DNA of 64,000 nucleotides from a virus: UHGV virus genome UHGV-0222911; one strand, 5' to 3'. Shown piece by piece: positions 63,282 to 64,000 of this stretch (position 1 is its first letter; each line of letters starts with the position of its first letter). The notes under the pieces were generated by a model. It saw only the letters and a program-made list of their open reading frames with translations, ran no database searches and was not told where the DNA came from. The position numbers and the translations under genes were made by a program.

Positions 63282-63855
63282 AAAAGGTCTAGTTAGAACC
63301 TTAGTGGATGTTATTGGTCACAGACTAGCTCGTGATAAGAATAATAGACCAAATGTAATTAGAGCTTACCCTTCTGATAACTCAAATGACAAAGGTTTAA
63401 AACCTGACCAGCCATTTATCACCGTATACTGTCAAGATGCTGCAACACCTTATGGTTGGGTTCTTGATAAGTTTGTTGAGGATGATGTAGTTTGCTACAG
63501 AATTGCTTTTCAGATTCCAGTGTTAATTACGGTGAATGGTAAAGGTGCTCACAGTATTATGCTTGAGCTTAAACAACGATTAGAGATGAGTTCAGTCAGA
63601 GATTTAATCCTTGAAGAAACAGGAGCTACAGTACTGGACACTGGAGCAATCCCAAATGATTACACTTATCTCAATACAGATTTCGAAAATTCTGCACCTC
63701 TTGTTGTAACTCTTGTAAAAAACTCAGTCCTGAAAGATGAACGTGGAAGTATTATTGAGCGTGTCATTGTTGATGGTGAGTTAGTTTATGAAGAAGGACA
63801 AGAGCCACCAGAATATACTATCCATCTAGATGTAGACTCCAAAGGGGTAAAATAA
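63256..63855 (+). CDS. hypothetical head-tail module protein
   Basis: 199 aa. Confidence 0.35.
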   Translation: MQLETAELEKGLVRTLVDVIGHRLARDKNNRPNVIRAYPSDNSNDKGLKPDQPFITVYCQDAATPYGWVLDKFVEDDVVCYRIAFQIPVLITVNGKGAHSIMLELKQRLEMSSVRDLILEETGATVLDTGAIPNDYTYLNTDFENSAPLVVTLVKNSVLKDERGSIIERVIVDGELVYEEGQEPPEYTIHLDVDSKGVK

Positions 63856-64000
63856 ATGTGGAATCCAATTGTTAATGTAGATATTACATTGAACACCGCA
63901 GGAACTACAAGAGAAGGTTTTGGTTTGCCACTATTCTTAGCTTCAACAGATAACTTTGAAGAAAGAGTCCGTGGTTACACTTCCTTAACTGAAGTTGCTG
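63856..64000 (+). CDS. structural protein, 5' fragment (gene continues beyond window end)
   Basis: Own translation from ATG 63856: MWNPIVNVDITLNTAGTTREGFGLPLFLASTDNFEERVRGYTSLTEVA..., open to window end. Confidence 0.35.
   Translation, partial: MWNPIVNVDITLNTAGTTREGFGLPLFLASTDNFEERVRGYTSLTEVA

Overview
The window reads as a densely coded segment of a virulent tailed dsDNA phage genome (AT-rich). All calls come from reading the sequence and the supplied ORF track by eye; no searches were run, so protein identities rest on recognised motifs and recalled family signatures. Layout, left to right: (1) minus-strand 5' part of a family A DNA polymerase (3'-5' exonuclease domain), running off the window; (2) plus-strand replication and nucleotide-metabolism module: dNMP-kinase-like, T7 gp4-like primase-helicase, SSB-like, gp6-like exonuclease, class I RNR NrdAB with NrdH-like redoxin, anaerobic RNR NrdD/NrdG split by an HNH gene; (3) a two-gene NAD+ reconstitution pair (PRPP-synthetase-like plus NAMPT-like), rIIA-like and a frameshifted rIIB-like gene, lysis-related candidates, a possible macro-domain protein; (4) 14 small genes at 31.2-36.8 kb, each preceded by one of two conserved intergenic cassettes; (5) a 1.7 kb ORF-free region packed with YTGTTARG iterons; (6) a minus-strand block of 17 genes including a GH24 endolysin and a 4x Ig-like repeat protein; (7) a vWA-domain protein followed by a cluster of about 27 tRNA genes covering all 20 amino acids, interspersed with two HNH genes and several conserved non-tRNA structured elements; (8) the start of the late module (large terminase, portal, protease/scaffold, major capsid, head-tail proteins). 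Most interesting candidates: the iteron-rich non-coding region, the structured RNA family in the tRNA cluster next to a possible Ro60-like protein, and the NAD+ reconstitution pair.
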